Positions 27,401 through 41,613 of a stretch of DNA of 64,000 nt are shown here, in pieces; positions within the stretch are counted from its first letter, which is position 1, and the number at the start of each line of letters is the position of its first letter. Both the position numbers and the translations under genes were made by a program. Source of the stretch: Octopus vulgaris. Lineage: Eukaryota. Where the stretch lies: NCBI GenBank assembly GCA_951406725.2, contig OX597815.1, forward strand, positions 112,592,001 through 112,656,000. Direction: 5' to 3'. The notes under the pieces are model-generated. The model made no database searches and had not been told where the DNA came from. It saw only the letters and a program-made list of their open reading frames with translations.

Positions 27401-27620
27401 TACTCTTACGTGTTCTTGTCATTATTAACGTTGTTATTTTTCAACTTCAGGTAAATCCTTATAGAGAAAAGCTCTCAAAAGACTTTCCAGCTGTAACCAT
27501 TCTGACTTTCTAGGACCATATTATCAGATTTGTCAACCCATTTTAAATCGGTGGGATATGATTTAAATAACATTTCATTACAATTCCAAAAATCTCACGT
27601 GACTACGAAGGGTTTGTGTT

Positions 27621-28426
27621 GCCTTTCTCGATGATAATTCTATATATTGTAAAGCGAGAAAAACGCAGCTCAAATAACGAAAGGTAGTTTTCTGATACAA
27701 CGTACTTTTTGGCTTTTGGTCTCGTATTTCCATACTTTCATTTCAAATCAACCCTGAAATAAATTTTCTATTTACCCTTTGATTTTTGGTAAACAAGCAT
27801 TGAAGTATACTGAAGTCGACTGCAAAAGCTATAAAATTCATTCTCAAGTGTGTAGCCATGTAGTTACGTCGGAAATCATTATTCATCACAAATGTCACGG
27901 TTCAACTGCTTCTGTGAATTTTCTTTGCATTCTTTGGTTAAATTACCCATATAATAATGAAAATCTACCCTTGGCTTTTCCATGGAGATTTTTTTCCTGA
28001 TTCTTACTCCTTATTTTGCCCTTTTGTGATCATTATTGGTAAACTACCGAGGTTGACTTAACCGTCAATTTTTCTTTGAATTTTCAATTGCTTCTATTGA
28101 CTGAAGACTTCAGATATTTTCCTGCAATGTTCAAGTACTTTTTTCTTGTAGAATTACTCGCGAACGCATTTCATTTTTATTTTAAATAAAACTGTATCAC
28201 CAAATTTGAAAGATAAAAACAGACATCAAGTGAATATTGATTATGAAGTTGTTCCTTTCACAATATTTATACTTTAGAAAGCTCCGTTATGATACGGTGG
28301 TAAGGAAAATTAGGTCGTTTCTGCATTTATTTTTTGCCAAACTCGCCCTTATCTTGCATTGTTATCAGTTCTCAACGCCTTGGTATGAAAATACTCTCTG
28401 TCTGCGTTAAGTTCCATTCTTGCCTA

Positions 28427-28492
<66 letters not shown>

Positions 28493-28723
28493 AATATATT
28501 GGTATAGGAATATATATATATTCTAAATTTATATGTTATCTCTCGATGAAAATGTATCTTACGTATCTTTGGAGTCTCTTATTGAAACTGTTAGTATGTT
28601 TTCTTTATTTATTTTTATTTTATTTTACTTCAAACTATATTTTGTTGTTACTTTGAAGCAACATATACAGATAGATAAATATATAGATAGACATACATAT
28701 GTACATACATACACACACAAACA

Positions 28724-28797
<74 letters not shown>

Positions 28798-29139
28798 AAG
28801 GAAGTAGATGGAGAGACAGAAATAAAAAGGGATAGGTACATAAGAATGCGTATATGTGCTCACAAATATTTATAAATATACACACAATTATGTATGGGTA
28901 TATTTATGAGCGTGATGTTATTTTAATAAAAGTAAAAAATTATGCTAGACATTTTGATAAAGAATTTTCATCAATGAAACATCTGCGTAGGCTCTTTAAT
29001 ATGCCTTTCTCCAGGATAATTTTTTATATACTAAAGCGAGAAAAACGCAGCTCAAATAACGAAAGGTATTTTTTAAAATACAACTTACTCCTCGATTTTG
29101 GGTTTCGTATTTTCATCCTTTCGCTTCAAATCAACCCTT
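27621..29139 (+). repeat. Dispersed ~135-bp duplication (27621-27756 and 29003-29139)
   Basis: Shared taaagcgagaaaaacgcagctcaaataacgaaaggta..ttcaaatcaaccct. Confidence 0.85.
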
Positions 29140-29459
29140 ACAGTAAAGACGTATTTGATGGATAAGGTGTATTTGATTGTTTTCAAAAAATTCAATCTGT
29201 TATTACATTAGTTTTTTTAGAAGTATCCCTTTTAGATCTTCCTTATATTAATTTAGGCCAGTGAGAAGCCCTTCTAACGCTTTGTACAATATCTTTGCAA
29301 ATATTGATTTTGAAGGTTCAAAAATTATTATTAAATGGTACACAGTCAGTTTTATTCTCCATGCGTTTTTACTGCTTCTTTTATTTACTTGTCTAAGTGG
29401 AGGTTTTCTCGCTTTAACACAAGAAAAGGCTCCACCTGATAAATTGTTAACATCACTTC

Positions 29460-29941
29460 GCTGTGTGGTAAGTAGCTTGCTTCCCAACTACATGGTTCCG
29501 GGTTCAGTTCTACTGCGTGGAACCTTGGGGAAGTGTCTTCTACCATAGCCTCGGGCCAACCAAAGCCTTGTGAGTGGTTTTGGTAGACGGAAGCTGAAAG
29601 AAGCCCGTCATATATGTATATGTGTGTGTGTGTGTGTGTAAGTGTGTGTTTGTGTGTGTGAGAGTGTGTATCTGTATGTGGTGGGGTAGAAATAGATATC
29701 ACATAGTCTATGGTTGTAGTAATATATATTACTCATGTTTAGAAACTGAGATTGGGAGTTAGCAAGGGCATGCTCCCCGTAGAAAACCCAGCTCCAAAAA
29801 AGTATCATGCTATGAAAGGAGAATGGGCACCAGCCAGCCCAAAGGTTGGAGTGGGCTGCACCTACCTACTTCGGTTGCTATGGCATTGAGGTAGATCCGG
29901 CCACCTCGGTTAACGGGAACAAAACCCGGATTTAAAACACT
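29460..29941 (+). mobile_element. SINE family B head followed by an unrelated tail ending at (GAT)n
   Basis: B head 29460-29610, microsatellite, then gcaagggcatgctccccgtagaaaacc..cggatttaaaacac, then (GAT)n 29942-30030. Confidence 0.65.
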
Positions 29942-30025
<84 letters not shown>

Positions 30026-30037
30026 CGACGACTGTCA

Positions 30038-30260
30038 TAAGGCGACGAGCTTGCCAGAATCTTTAGCACACCGGACAAAATACTTGTGACATTTCCACCG
30101 GCTGTTTACGTTCAAAGTTGAAGTTTCGTCGAGATCGATTGCACCGTTTATCCATTCACAGGATTCGATAACATGAGTACCAGACGAGCATGGAGTACTT
30201 TGTAACCGGTTTGCCATCCTCTCCAACTAAATTCGAGGCCTTGTGCCTATAGTTGAAATA
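30038..30260 (+). mobile_element. SINE family A, diverged
   Basis: aaggcgacgagcttgccagaatctttagcac..ggccttgtgcctatag. Confidence 0.8.
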
Positions 30261-30727
30261 TTACGCAAACTTGTTTATTTTCATATTTGCACTTTTTTCA
30301 TGTGACTCGTAAAAAAAAACTTAAATATAGTAGTAGAACTACATTTTTTCTTGTCATATATATACGTAGTCTGTAAATAACGGAAGTGAGCTAGGACGTT
30401 CAAACTTAGTGCGCATGCACAGTATAGTTCAAAGTTAATCTGTGCCAAGCGGCTTTACTCAACCTCCTTTAGCTACCTTATAATGGTTACAGTCCGGATA
30501 TTTATTGATCAGACCACGTATAAAACAAACTATTTTCGACAAACATTATAACTTAATTTTTATTCAACATCTTGGAACTTAAATGCAAACTCTTCAATCG
30601 AACTTCGATAAATAGCAATTTGTACACAACATCAATATTGGATATGAATCCTAATCGTAATTCAACACATACTTGAACACATACTGAACGATGCTCACTT
30701 TTGGGATGGAGATTGTTATGATAATAT

Positions 30728-31307
30728 TTATTTCAAATTTTTGCTGCAAGGGCAGCTTGTGGAAAGTGTGGATGAGTCGATTACATGGACTCTAGTGTTC
30801 AACTGGTATTTATTTCATCAACCCCAAAAGGCGGAATTTGAACTCAGAACATAAAGACAAACGAAATACCGCTAAGCATTTCGACAGGTGTGCTAACGTT
30901 TCTTATTTATTGCCCGCAAGGGCTAAACATAGAGGGTACAAACAAAGACAGACAAATGGATTAAATCGATTACATCGACCCGATGCGTAACTGGTACTTA
31001 CTTTATCGACCCCGAAAGTCGACCTCGGCGGAATTTGAACTCGGAACGTAAGGACGGACGAAATACCTATTTCTTTACTATCCACAAGGGGTTAAACACA
31101 GAGAGGACAAACAAGGACACACAAATGGATTAAGTCGAATATATCGACTCCAGTGCGTAATTGGTACTTATTTAATCGACCCCGAAAGGATGAAAGGCAA
31201 AGTCGACCTCGGCGGAATTTGAACTCAGAACGTAGCGGCAGACGAAATACCGCTAAGCATTTCGCCCGACGCGCTAACGTTTCTGCCAACTCCCAACTCC
31301 CGCCTTA
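30728..31307 (-). mobile_element. Head-to-tail array of three SINE family A units
   Basis: Three ggcggaatttgaactc motifs (~30830, 31027, 31211); two units carry the long tail. Confidence 0.9.
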
Positions 31308-31558
31308 GATGTTAATGATAATAATAACGACAACTAAATTTGTTTTATGCCTAAACCTTCGTTTAAGTCACAAGGGTATGACTACACGTATAACGGAAGC
31401 GCAACTATTTCTCTCGACAAAATCAGATAAACGAATTGCTGATGATTAATGATTCAGTTTTGCATGCATACCACACATACATAAATACATACAGACATAT
31501 ATACATCCATGCACGCACGTACACAGAGATATATACATACTTACATATATATATGTAA

Positions 31559-31601
<43 letters not shown>

Positions 31602-31628
31602 TACTTATATATATATACACACACACAA

Positions 31629-31663
<35 letters not shown>

Positions 31664-32354
31664 CAGACACACAGACACGCACAAACACACATATATAGCA
31701 GTGACTACTGATTAATGAACAAAGGAATAAGACCTGCATTTCCTTATTTTTTATTTGAAGGGTGATACGCGTTCAAGGGGTGATACTCGTTTGGACATTT
31801 AATTAGACGTTATAAGGAACCATAGAAGTTTTGACATAGTGAAAGTGCAGCAACTTATCAATCTAAATAGATCAGTAAATGAATCATTGAAAATGTATGA
31901 GTCAATAAAACATCGATGATGGCATAATCGATTGTGACCGACAAAAATCAAAATTATGTAAGCAAGATTAAACTATAAATTGATGGCTATTGAAGGAAAT
32001 AAATACTGAAATAAACGGCCAAGTTGAATTACCTGATCTTCCATTTATCTAAAATATGTTAGGGACTATTTATGTAGCACCTTGTATAAGTTTATTGGCT
32101 TTACTTTGTCGATTTTAGAATATGTATATCTATTATCAACATTGTAAGGCCATCACTTAGGCAAATTAATGTGGAGAAACTTTCAGTCTTTCCTACTATA
32201 GGTGCTTAAGTGATAACTTAGGTATTTGTTTATCATAGCAAGTTTGATATAGGTTTTACAAAGCCCTGCTATTTAAGTATATCTTAATGAAATAGTAAGT
32301 TCTTAGTCAAATATCGGTATGCATGATTTTATTTTTCACTATTAGCAGGTAATA

Positions 32355-32527
32355 TTGGTTCCATATTTTAGCACAAGGCCAAAAATCGACCTCAATGCTC
32401 AGCTGGTAATTATTTTATCTACCCCGAAAAAATGTCAGAGGAATTTGAACTCAGAACGTAAAGATAAATGGAATGCAGCGAAGTATTTCGTCCGGCATGC
32501 ACACGATTCAGTCAGTTAACTGCCTTC
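32355..32527 (-). mobile_element. SINE family A, diverged
   Basis: gaatttgaactcagaacgtaaag. Confidence 0.75.
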
Positions 32528-33193
32528 TAGCAATATATAATATTAATGCAGCACACTGACTCTATGGAATACAAACACAAAAGTTTGACTTTATTTACGT
32601 TTAAGTATGTTAGGCATTAATAGTAGTTCTTATGATTCACGCCCGAATTTATGTTCGGAGTTCCCAAAATAGGCACTATTGAATTATTATTCTGTCTTTG
32701 CTTTTATTAAAATATATTTTTCATGATTTTATGCATATATTTCATTTTGTAATAACCCTCGGCACGAATTTTAAGTATCGAAACATTTTCATTTTAAACC
32801 CAATTGTTAATATTTTTGGTTACAAAATTTCGATTTGTGTACTCAAATTTTTATTCGATTTTCTTTTTACTCGTTTGAATACAAGAGACACAATAACGAG
32901 GTTACAAGTCGTCGTGTTCCACGTGTCAAAGATTACGTGCGAGATAGTATTATCAACTGTCATAGAAATATTCAACTAACATATATATGAATACATGTGA
33001 ATGTATATATGTTTCAATCTAACAATATATGTATGTAGCTCTTTCGGCCGTGTACTAAATTGGTATTTATCTCCCACTGGTTGGAGTACTACTTGGTTGA
33101 TTCTATCTCTCTATCTCACACACACATATATACAATGTACACACTCTGACACATTTATACACATACACACACTTATATACATGCGTACATACA

Positions 33194-33235
<42 letters not shown>

Positions 33236-33260
33236 GGGTGTACATATATGTACATATATG

Positions 33261-33560
33261 TGGAGGCGCAATGGCATAGTGGTTAGGTCAGCGGACTCAC
33301 CGTGTTAGGGTCACGATTTCGATTCCGAAGCCGGGCTTTGTGAGTGTTTATTGCTGGAAAACACCTAAAGCTACGCTAGGTTCCGTCAGGAGGTGCTGAC
33401 GAGACCTGTTGTTCTCTTTCACCACAACATTCTCTCACACTTTCTTCCTGTTTCTGTTGTACTTGTATTTCAAATGACCAGCCCTGTAACACTCTGTGTC
33501 ACGCTGAATCTCCCCTAGAACTACGTTGAGGGTACACGTGTCTGTAGAGTGCTCAATGTA
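33261..33560 (+). mobile_element. tRNA-derived SINE family D, tail type 2
   Basis: Head shared with 11808 up to ~33450, then a different 3' half. Confidence 0.8.
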
Positions 33561-33869
33561 ATTGATTTATCTCTTCCCCTGAATATTGCTGGCCTTATAC
33601 CAAGATTTGAAACCATTATTATTACTTCGAAGCTGGTTGTTTCTGATAGAGCGTTTAGGTTTCGAAGACGATTTATACAGAATCACATTTATTTGTAAAT
33701 GCAAATGGATGTAGTGCCCTGTTGAATATTTTATATGCAGCAGAAAGTAATCTGGTGGCACTCGAACAATAACATTCTCAAAAAGTGACCTAAGAAAAGT
33801 CTAGAGTTATAAATCTCCGTAGAAGTGGCTCTATATTCAAATTTATCAAATACACATGTATTCTATGCA

Positions 33870-34068
33870 TTTCTATCTATCTATCTATCTGTCTGTTTGT
33901 ATGTATGTATGCATGTATGTCTACCTGTCTCCCTGCCTGTCTGTCTGTTTGTCTATCTATCTAACCGTCTGTCTGTCTGCCCCGTCTGTCTGTCTATCTA
34001 TCTGTCTGTTTGTCTGCCCTGTCTGTCTGTCTGTCTCTGTCTATCTATCTATCTATCTATCTATCTAG
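33870..34068. repeat. (CTAT)n/(CTGT)n microsatellite
   Basis: Seen directly. Confidence 0.95.
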
Positions 34069-34139
34069 ACATGTATGAATAAAATTCATATATCCACATC
34101 TATATAAAATATATATAAGCGACCTCTCTCTCTCTCTCT

Positions 34140-34581
34140 AGTTTGTTTTCTTTCTCAATTAAGACTATGTCTCACTTCCCATTCTCTATCTCATGGTCGT
34201 ACTGCATTATAAAATCCCACAGGATCTTTGCATTATCATATTCGATGATGCCTTCGGGTTTTTGGTCGCACCAACTTCTTGCTCTCTCAAGTCCATACTT
34301 GTTGCAAGTATGGCTATATTGTCGTAGCGTGTCTTCTATTCCTTCTGGGCTAGTGACGTACATTGGCTGGTAATATACCTTACGGTTTCACCATTTTGTC
34401 CACAGATTCTGCAACACTGTCACCATCAATGGCTTCAGTTTCATTACCACTGTTATTCACAATAATTGTCACTCGTATGAGGTAGCGACTATCAGGTTGC
34501 GTAATTAACTGTGCTTTTATTGTGGCACCATCACTAGATGTATCATTAACAAGGACGCGGGGAGGCTCCATTCGATCCCTT

Positions 34582-34583
<2 letters not shown>
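34140..34583 (-). mobile_element. Dong/R4 LINE fragment
   Basis: CRICGQNGETVRYITSQCTSLAQKE (decayed CCHC knuckle) and KPEGIIEYDNAKILWDF; abuts (TTA)n 34584-34738. Confidence 0.8.
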
Positions 34584-34640
<57 letters not shown>

Positions 34641-34643
34641 ATA

Positions 34644-34735
<92 letters not shown>

Positions 34736-35544
34736 TATTCTCATCACTGATATCACTGATATTATTGTTTTATTTTTTACTATTTGCCTCTGTTATACTA
34801 ACAGACGCAGGGGTTACACAGTCCAATGCAGGGCAGAGGGGTCACCAATTTCCAGCGCTGTTCACATTGATAGCTGCATAGAAAATTATACTATTTTATC
34901 TAGCCTTCCTCAGCGATGTTCTGTCAATCAGAACGACTTTCCAGAGAGTCCATTGCACACTTATGATCTTCTTCGCTGAACAGGCTCTTCTTCAGTTTTC
35001 TATCACCGTTGTCAAATACTGCCTTTATTGTTGTATTTATGTGTATTAGTAGCAGTGGTGGTAGCAACAGCAACAGTAGTAAGGGTGGGGTAGTAGTAAT
35101 AGTGGTAGTTAGGCCTCAGATTCATGTGCTATCAGAATAGTTATAGTTGTAGTATTAGCAGCTGCAGCATATTATTATCTTTTATTATTTTTATCATTAT
35201 CATCATCACCACCAATACTATAGCTATTATCATTATTACTATTTCCAATTATTACTAAAATATTTTATTAAATGTTCTTTATTTTCAACTTTTGTCTTGT
35301 AATTGAGATAAGCAGAAATATGTGGCTGTTGAAGGAAATAGTTGGGGGAAGAGTAGCAGCTCGGTGAAAAGATTAAATTCTACAAGTCTGTAAATAGATT
35401 CGGCAGATGGTGAGGAGGTCAGCCATAAGGACAAATGAATCTTCTCACCCTTTGGATCAGCAGAGGTCAAATGTGTTTACTACTACCAGCAACCTTAGAC
35501 TTGAAAAGAAGCAATTCACCCTGTCCTATGGTACAAAAAATCAT

Positions 35545-35584
<40 letters not shown>

Positions 35585-35624
35585 TGACATTCACGTCATT
35601 GAATCTTTGAATTTCGGAATTCAA

Positions 35625-35955
35625 TTGTGGTTGCTCGACTAAATGCGGTGCTCCAGCATGGCCGCAATCAAATGACTGAAACATGTAAAAGAGTAAAAGA
35701 GATTATTATCGCTGTGGTGGTGGTGGTGGTGGTGGTGGTGGTGGTGGTGGTGGTGGTGGTGGTGGTGGTGGTGGTGGTGGTGGTGGTGTTGGTTTTGGTG
35801 GTGGTTTTGGTGAGTGGTTTTTCCGACAAGTTCGACTTTGCCCTTCATCCTTTCGAGGTCGATAAAATCAGTTCCAGTTGAGTGCTGGGGTCGATGTAAT
35901 TGACTTAGCCCATTCCCCGCAATTGCTGGTGAGGTGCCAAAGTTTGAAACTATCA
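35625..35955 (+). mobile_element. SINE B 3' end (35625-35700), (GGT)n (35715-35815) and SINE A 3' half (35828-35955)
   Basis: Matches to family tails seen elsewhere in the window. Confidence 0.8.
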
Positions 35956-35974
35956 TTATTATTGTTGTTGTTGT

Positions 35975-36235
35975 TTTACTTCTCCAAACTTTCGGTTTTG
36001 TTAGTCCAGGTAGATTCTGTGAGAACGGACAGCAGCCTGCTGTCAGAGGTTTCAGAGGGTCTCATACCGCACATTATAAGCTTTGATACTTGCTTGTTAA
36101 TTATTGTGGGAGACATTTAACATCTAAGTACCGGTCTCAATATCCTATCTGTGCCCAACAGTTTTGTGGGCTTAGCCTTCTCTGATATCAATTCCGATAT
36201 CTCTGACATATAACTCTAACTTGGTTGTTAGTGCA
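35975..36235 (-). mobile_element. Dong/R4 LINE 3' end
   Basis: LLGTDRILRPVL terminal motif, cf. LTGTSHVLRRAL; next to (TTA)n 36251-36366. Confidence 0.6.
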
Positions 36236-36250
36236 ACTACAACTACTGGA

Positions 36251-36347
<97 letters not shown>

Positions 36348-37212
36348 TCATCATCATCATCATCATTGTCATACTTTCAGTTGTTTTATACATTTTGCTG
36401 CTGTATCGTTAGGTGCGTCTAAATATTCTTCAGATTTGTGAAGTATTGTATTTCGGGAATATAAAATTCTTTGTATACTACACCAGTTCGGCATTCTTGC
36501 AGTACTTGATATGATTTCTTTTGGTAATTTCAGTATTTTGGCTCTTGTACAGAGACTGTACAATGCGAGTTGTGTCATTCTGTTGGGTACCGTTTGATTT
36601 TCGTATATACTTCTACACAAGTTATAATGCTTAGGCGCGCAGGGCGATTCTGATAACAATTAAGGGGTATAATGAATGAACTTGTGTATAATGTCAGTAT
36701 TTTATTTGTTTGGCTAATAAAAGTTACACATAGTATGCTGAAAATGAGCGTTTTGAATTTGCTGAAAATGAGCGATTTTCAATCGAAAATCTCTTACACT
36801 GAATGTTTTATATACTTAGCAAGGCTAGCTTTCGACTTCGTGCAACGTTGTTATCCTTAGTATAGTTTGTATGGCGTTAGTAATATACTTATAGTACATA
36901 GTTCTCTATTTATTAGCGATAATACCATTTACATGGCCTATATCCTCCAAATCCTTGTGATTTAAAAGACTTTCCTCCTTTAGGGCACGAATGTTTGATA
37001 AAGTATTAACCTAGCCAAGTACCCGATAGAGGATTATGTTCTACACTCTCACACACATGAGACAGACACACATACACACGCACCCACGCACACACATACT
37101 CACGCACACACGTTCACACACGCGCACACAAGTCTCATTTATACATAAAAAATCACTGACTTTTTATATTACGCTATTTCAAGTCGTACGTTTCCTATCT
37201 CCGGATAAAACA

Positions 37213-37350
37213 TAACACCTGATGAAGGCTGGAGGTTATATCATTCGAAACAGTGTGTTAACAAGAAACAAGATGAGGACGAATATCCGTCCAATGTAAA
37301 TAATGTGAATAATCTGCATAATTCCTCATCTCTTAAATATAGAACTGTAA
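37213..37350 (+). mobile_element. Second, more decayed copy of the 13486 hammerhead element
   Basis: TAACAC-CTGATGA-aggctggaggttatatcattc-GAAA-cagt-GTGTTA, then acaagatgaggacgaatatccgtc..gtaaataatg. Confidence 0.8.
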
Positions 37351-38839
37351 AACATGAGATACTATGCTTTATTTTAAGATTGCACGGTTTTGACTGGCGG
37401 TAGGTGAAAGAGGATAAAACATTGTGTAATTTTTTGTCAGAAAAGACCCAGATATCTAGCAGTGTATGGACATCTTCCTTCCCATCCTTTACTTATATAT
37501 CTGCACGCTATGCTTTAATCATCTTGTGAGTGCGGAGAGGCGTGTCCCAGCTAACGGAGGTGAAGTTGCCACTGAATCGTGTTTAGTATATGGTGAAAAG
37601 ACATAGCGGTCCTTTAGATTCTGTTAATACGCGCCGAATAAAATAATCATGCCGTTTAGTATTGTTTTGAGGATATAAGGTTCGTCACTTTTTTTTTGTT
37701 CTTCCATTTTTATTTTTTTTTTAAATTTCATCTTAAATTTCAAGGGGTTTGCTTGTCATGAAATTTTTTTTTTGATTTTGATATAATTTCATACCGGAAA
37801 AAGTAGAGTCGTTGATCGCCCGCTATTGTCCTTGGACAATAGCAGGCAATCTATGGATTGAAGTATGTTGTTCAATCCACAGATATGAACTTCTAGTTAT
37901 GTTAACTATACATACTCGTACACACAAACACACGCACAGACATACACATCTACTCGTTACAATAATTCCTAGAAATTGTAGTCAATCTTCCCTCATATCT
38001 GACCTCTGCTACCTTCACCGTAACTTTCGAAACTGGTTAAGGAAATGGTTAGTAGATTATGTGTAACCCCACATCAGCATTAATTCAATAGTTCTGTGAT
38101 CAAAGACCTTGTAACGATCTTTCTTTTATGTGTGTCTTGGAATACATTAACTATGTCGTCTCTTATTTAATAAGATAAGAAGTAATTTGAGATAGTTTAG
38201 CGGCTGTTTCTAGCAAGTGAAATGGTAGCATAGATGCTTTCTCGCAAACACTTGAGACATTGTACCAGGTATATAATTGCAATACGCACTTTGTCTTATT
38301 TGTCTCACAGAATAGCAAAGGAATCTGCATGTGTTAACGCATTGAAAAACAAATATACCTATTCTGCCACTGTTGATATCGTAAATCACTAAATTATTTA
38401 GTAGATATGTTATATTACCAAGTATCTGTTGTAGAATAGAATCAAACAGAGAACAATATGAGAAATTTGAACAATTTCAGCACCTTCTGAAAATTTGGAG
38501 CAGTTCCAAATGAAATTACATGTCTACATTTTAATATCGACAAATAGAGAGAAGGAAGTTGTTACGGAAAGACAGAACTGGGGACATGAACTTTTAAACT
38601 TCTAAAGCAAGCTTACTACAGCTTCTATTATATTTACTCATGAATATGCAAATATAAATATAGACTATACACCCACGATCAAATGCACACACGTAAACGC
38701 ACACACGCACTGGCTCAAACACATGCAAATATATTCGCATAAATGCATAATATTAAGTAATTCTAACATATAAATTCCTACATGCGAATTGTAATTTTAT
38801 TTCACTGAATATACTATAACATGTGTATGTCCCTAATGC

Positions 38840-39031
38840 GTATCTCAAGCACAATCAACGTGACACAAGGGTGGAAGCATCAATCGACTTTACCTAAACA
38901 GGTGCACACGTCAGGTGTCGAAGTGATCGCAGAGCAATTTGAGATGAAGTGTTTTGCTCAATATCAAAACATACCACTCGCTCTAGGAATTGAAACCACG
39001 ATATAGCGATCGTGATTGCAACGCCCTAGCC
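38840..39031 (-). mobile_element. Degenerate tRNA-headed SINE, family C-like
   Basis: aagtgttttgctcaa..ggaattgaaaccacgat..acgccctagcc is the reverse complement of a tRNA head. Confidence 0.65.
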
Positions 39032-39427
39032 GAATATTACTTGTCAGTACAACTGTTGCGTTGATCACATAGATAGATTTTAGAACTAGCATTTTTGTTT
39101 ACATATATATATATATTTATTTTATTTTCACAATCATGACGGTGTACTGGCGCGATTCTGTCAATGTTGTTGATTGTATTTTAATTAGATTCACGGCTTT
39201 GATTAGGTGTGTCAAGAGTTATAACTCATTATTTCCCATTGATAACGGCTAAAGAACTAGCAACATCAATGTCTGAGAAACCGACAGATTGCAGCACTGG
39301 GCAGATATGGTGCTTTTACACCTTTTACCATAAAACGGAATGTTTTTCTCCACAGCAACTGTAGTGGATTTGCCTGTAGCAGTTAAATATGTCACAAGTA
39401 TATGTAAACTAATCCAACGTTCGCAAG

Positions 39428-39503
39428 CTATCTATCTATCTATCTTTCTATCTATCTATCTATCCATCTATATATATATATATAAGTGTATGTATATATA
39501 TAT

Positions 39504-39538
<35 letters not shown>

Positions 39539-39574
39539 TAGATATAGATATAGATATATTTACATGTATATATG

Positions 39575-39606
<32 letters not shown>

Positions 39607-39623
39607 TACGTATATATATTGTG

Positions 39624-39654
<31 letters not shown>

Positions 39655-39704
39655 GTATGTATGTATGTATATATATATATGTGTGTATATATATATATAT
39701 ATAT
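39428..39704. repeat. (CTAT)n/(GATA)n/(TA)n cluster
   Basis: Seen directly. Confidence 0.95.
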
Positions 39705-40770
39705 AGGACCCAGCATGTTGTGACTGATGGCATCCACTCAAGACCAACAAAAGTCATCAGCGTAATCCCGCAGGGTACTGCGCTGGGTTCACTTCTTTTT
39801 ATTGTCTATATCAATGACATTGCAGATTCATTTGAACATAGCACCATTAAAGTATTTACAGATGGCTTTAAGCGTCAGAAAGTCATTAAGGGAGCTTATG
39901 CTCGAACGATGCTTCAATCAGACCTATGCGCAGTGGGCTCAAAAAATACAAATACAATATGAAGCTGAACGAAGAAAAGTTTGAGCTCATCCAGTTTGGA
40001 AGAGGGCATACTCAGACAACTATATACACTACCGTCTGGAGACGTAATCGGAGTGTCAGATAATACCAGAGACTAAGGTGTAACTCTCAACCTTACCTGA
40101 ATGTGCACATCCACAAAAAAGTCGATGTTGCCCGCAGAATGTGCTCATGGATCATCAGAACTTTTCAATCTAGGGATCATGAAACTATCATCCTTCTAAC
40201 TACATTCGCTAGGTCTCACCTCGAATACTGCTGCCCATTTTGGTCTCCCTACAAAAGAAAAACATAATGAGGATCGAAGCGCCACAAAGACCAATCACTA
40301 AAAAAATAAATGGCATGACGGGACTTGATTATTGGGCTTGACTTAAACAGTTAAAACTCTATTCTCTGCAACGCCGCCGTGAGCGATACGATATTTGCAC
40401 CATGTGGAAAATATTCCAACAATATTATCCAAATGATATCGGTATTATGTTTACAACTCTCTCAAGACTAGCAACCCACGCCTCCGTGCAATGCCTCCTC
40501 TACAACGGTGAAGTTTACATCACATAAGGACATTGCGACACAATGTCTTCATTGCAAATGATCCTGTTCTTTTCAAAGTTATCCTGAAATAAATTAAGGT
40601 AGAGAATGTCCCCAAAACTTTCAAACGGTACCTGGACAGATTCCTCCAGGAAATACCGGATAAACCACCTACACCTAGATACGTCTCAACTAACAGCAAC
40701 ATTCTGCTTAAGTGGTCCATGGTGCCCTGAAATAATAAATTAAAAGACTTTTCCATGCGGTGCTATTGAT
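39705..40770 (+). mobile_element. 5'-truncated CR1-group LINE, RT C-terminal part, pseudogenised
   Basis: [37 protein letters not shown] (FADD box decayed), RSHLEYCCPFWSPY, LKLYSLQRRRERY. Confidence 0.9.
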
Positions 40771-40970
40771 TTAGTCAGTGTAACATGTTCCAGTTCTTAA
40801 CTGATCATACTGAACGTTTGCTGCGTTTAGGCAAATCCTTAGCCAGGCAGAGATGCAAGAGGTTATTACTTTGCAGGTCAAAGTTGTACGTAAAGTAACA
40901 ATGCTGTTTCGCACGTATTGTTCACAATCCTGGCATTGATGACTTCTGGATTTATGTCAAATAGATATTG

Positions 40971-41032
40971 CCCTGTATAGGACGAAATATTACCATGTAT
41001 AGGACGAATATTGACCTGTATAGGACGAATAT
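40971..41032 (+). repeat. ~21-bp minisatellite, three units
   Basis: tgtataggacgaa(a)tat repeated three times. Confidence 0.85.
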
Positions 41033-41613
41033 ATCTATGAATATTTTCTAAGTTCATCATTAAAATCCCCTCCCAGCTTTCTTTGATCAGAATAGGGAGA
41101 CGGTTTCCTATGACTTTACCAAAACTCTGTGGTAAATAGAACTAGGAGGATTGGAAATTCCAATCCCCCATCGCCTTTCCAAATTCCACTTTGAATGGAC
41201 AGAGATGGTGGAGAATGAAATATCTTCCTCTATTACCGGTGTTTCTGGTTAGACAGAATGTATTGATTCATATTAGGCATCTGTAGTGCATAGAATTTAA
41301 GTTGCGACAAATTCCCTTTATCTTGGTAGTTACAATCAAACTATTTTTGCGGAAACCCTTCATTGTCCTTAAATCCCCAAAAGGGTATATTATAGACATT
41401 ATTGAAAGGAAACTACTTGTATGTGCAATTTTAATTTCTATTACTCTATTTGTTCAGTTTCAAAATAAATCATTAACACTTTTTACAACTCGTCCTGTAA
41501 TGTCCCCCTCATTCACTTGCTATATGGCAAAAAATATTGTATTACTGTTGCTGTTGTTGGTGTTTCTATTAATTGTATGATGATGATCATCATCATCATT
41601 ATCATCATCATCA

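Noticed and set aside
34380-34571. 63-aa ORF resembling a host exon
   Set aside because: An overlapping frame encodes the Dong CCHC knuckle; part of the LINE remnant
40971-41032. CRISPR-like short repeats
   Set aside because: Contiguous minisatellite without unique spacers, no cas genes, eukaryotic context
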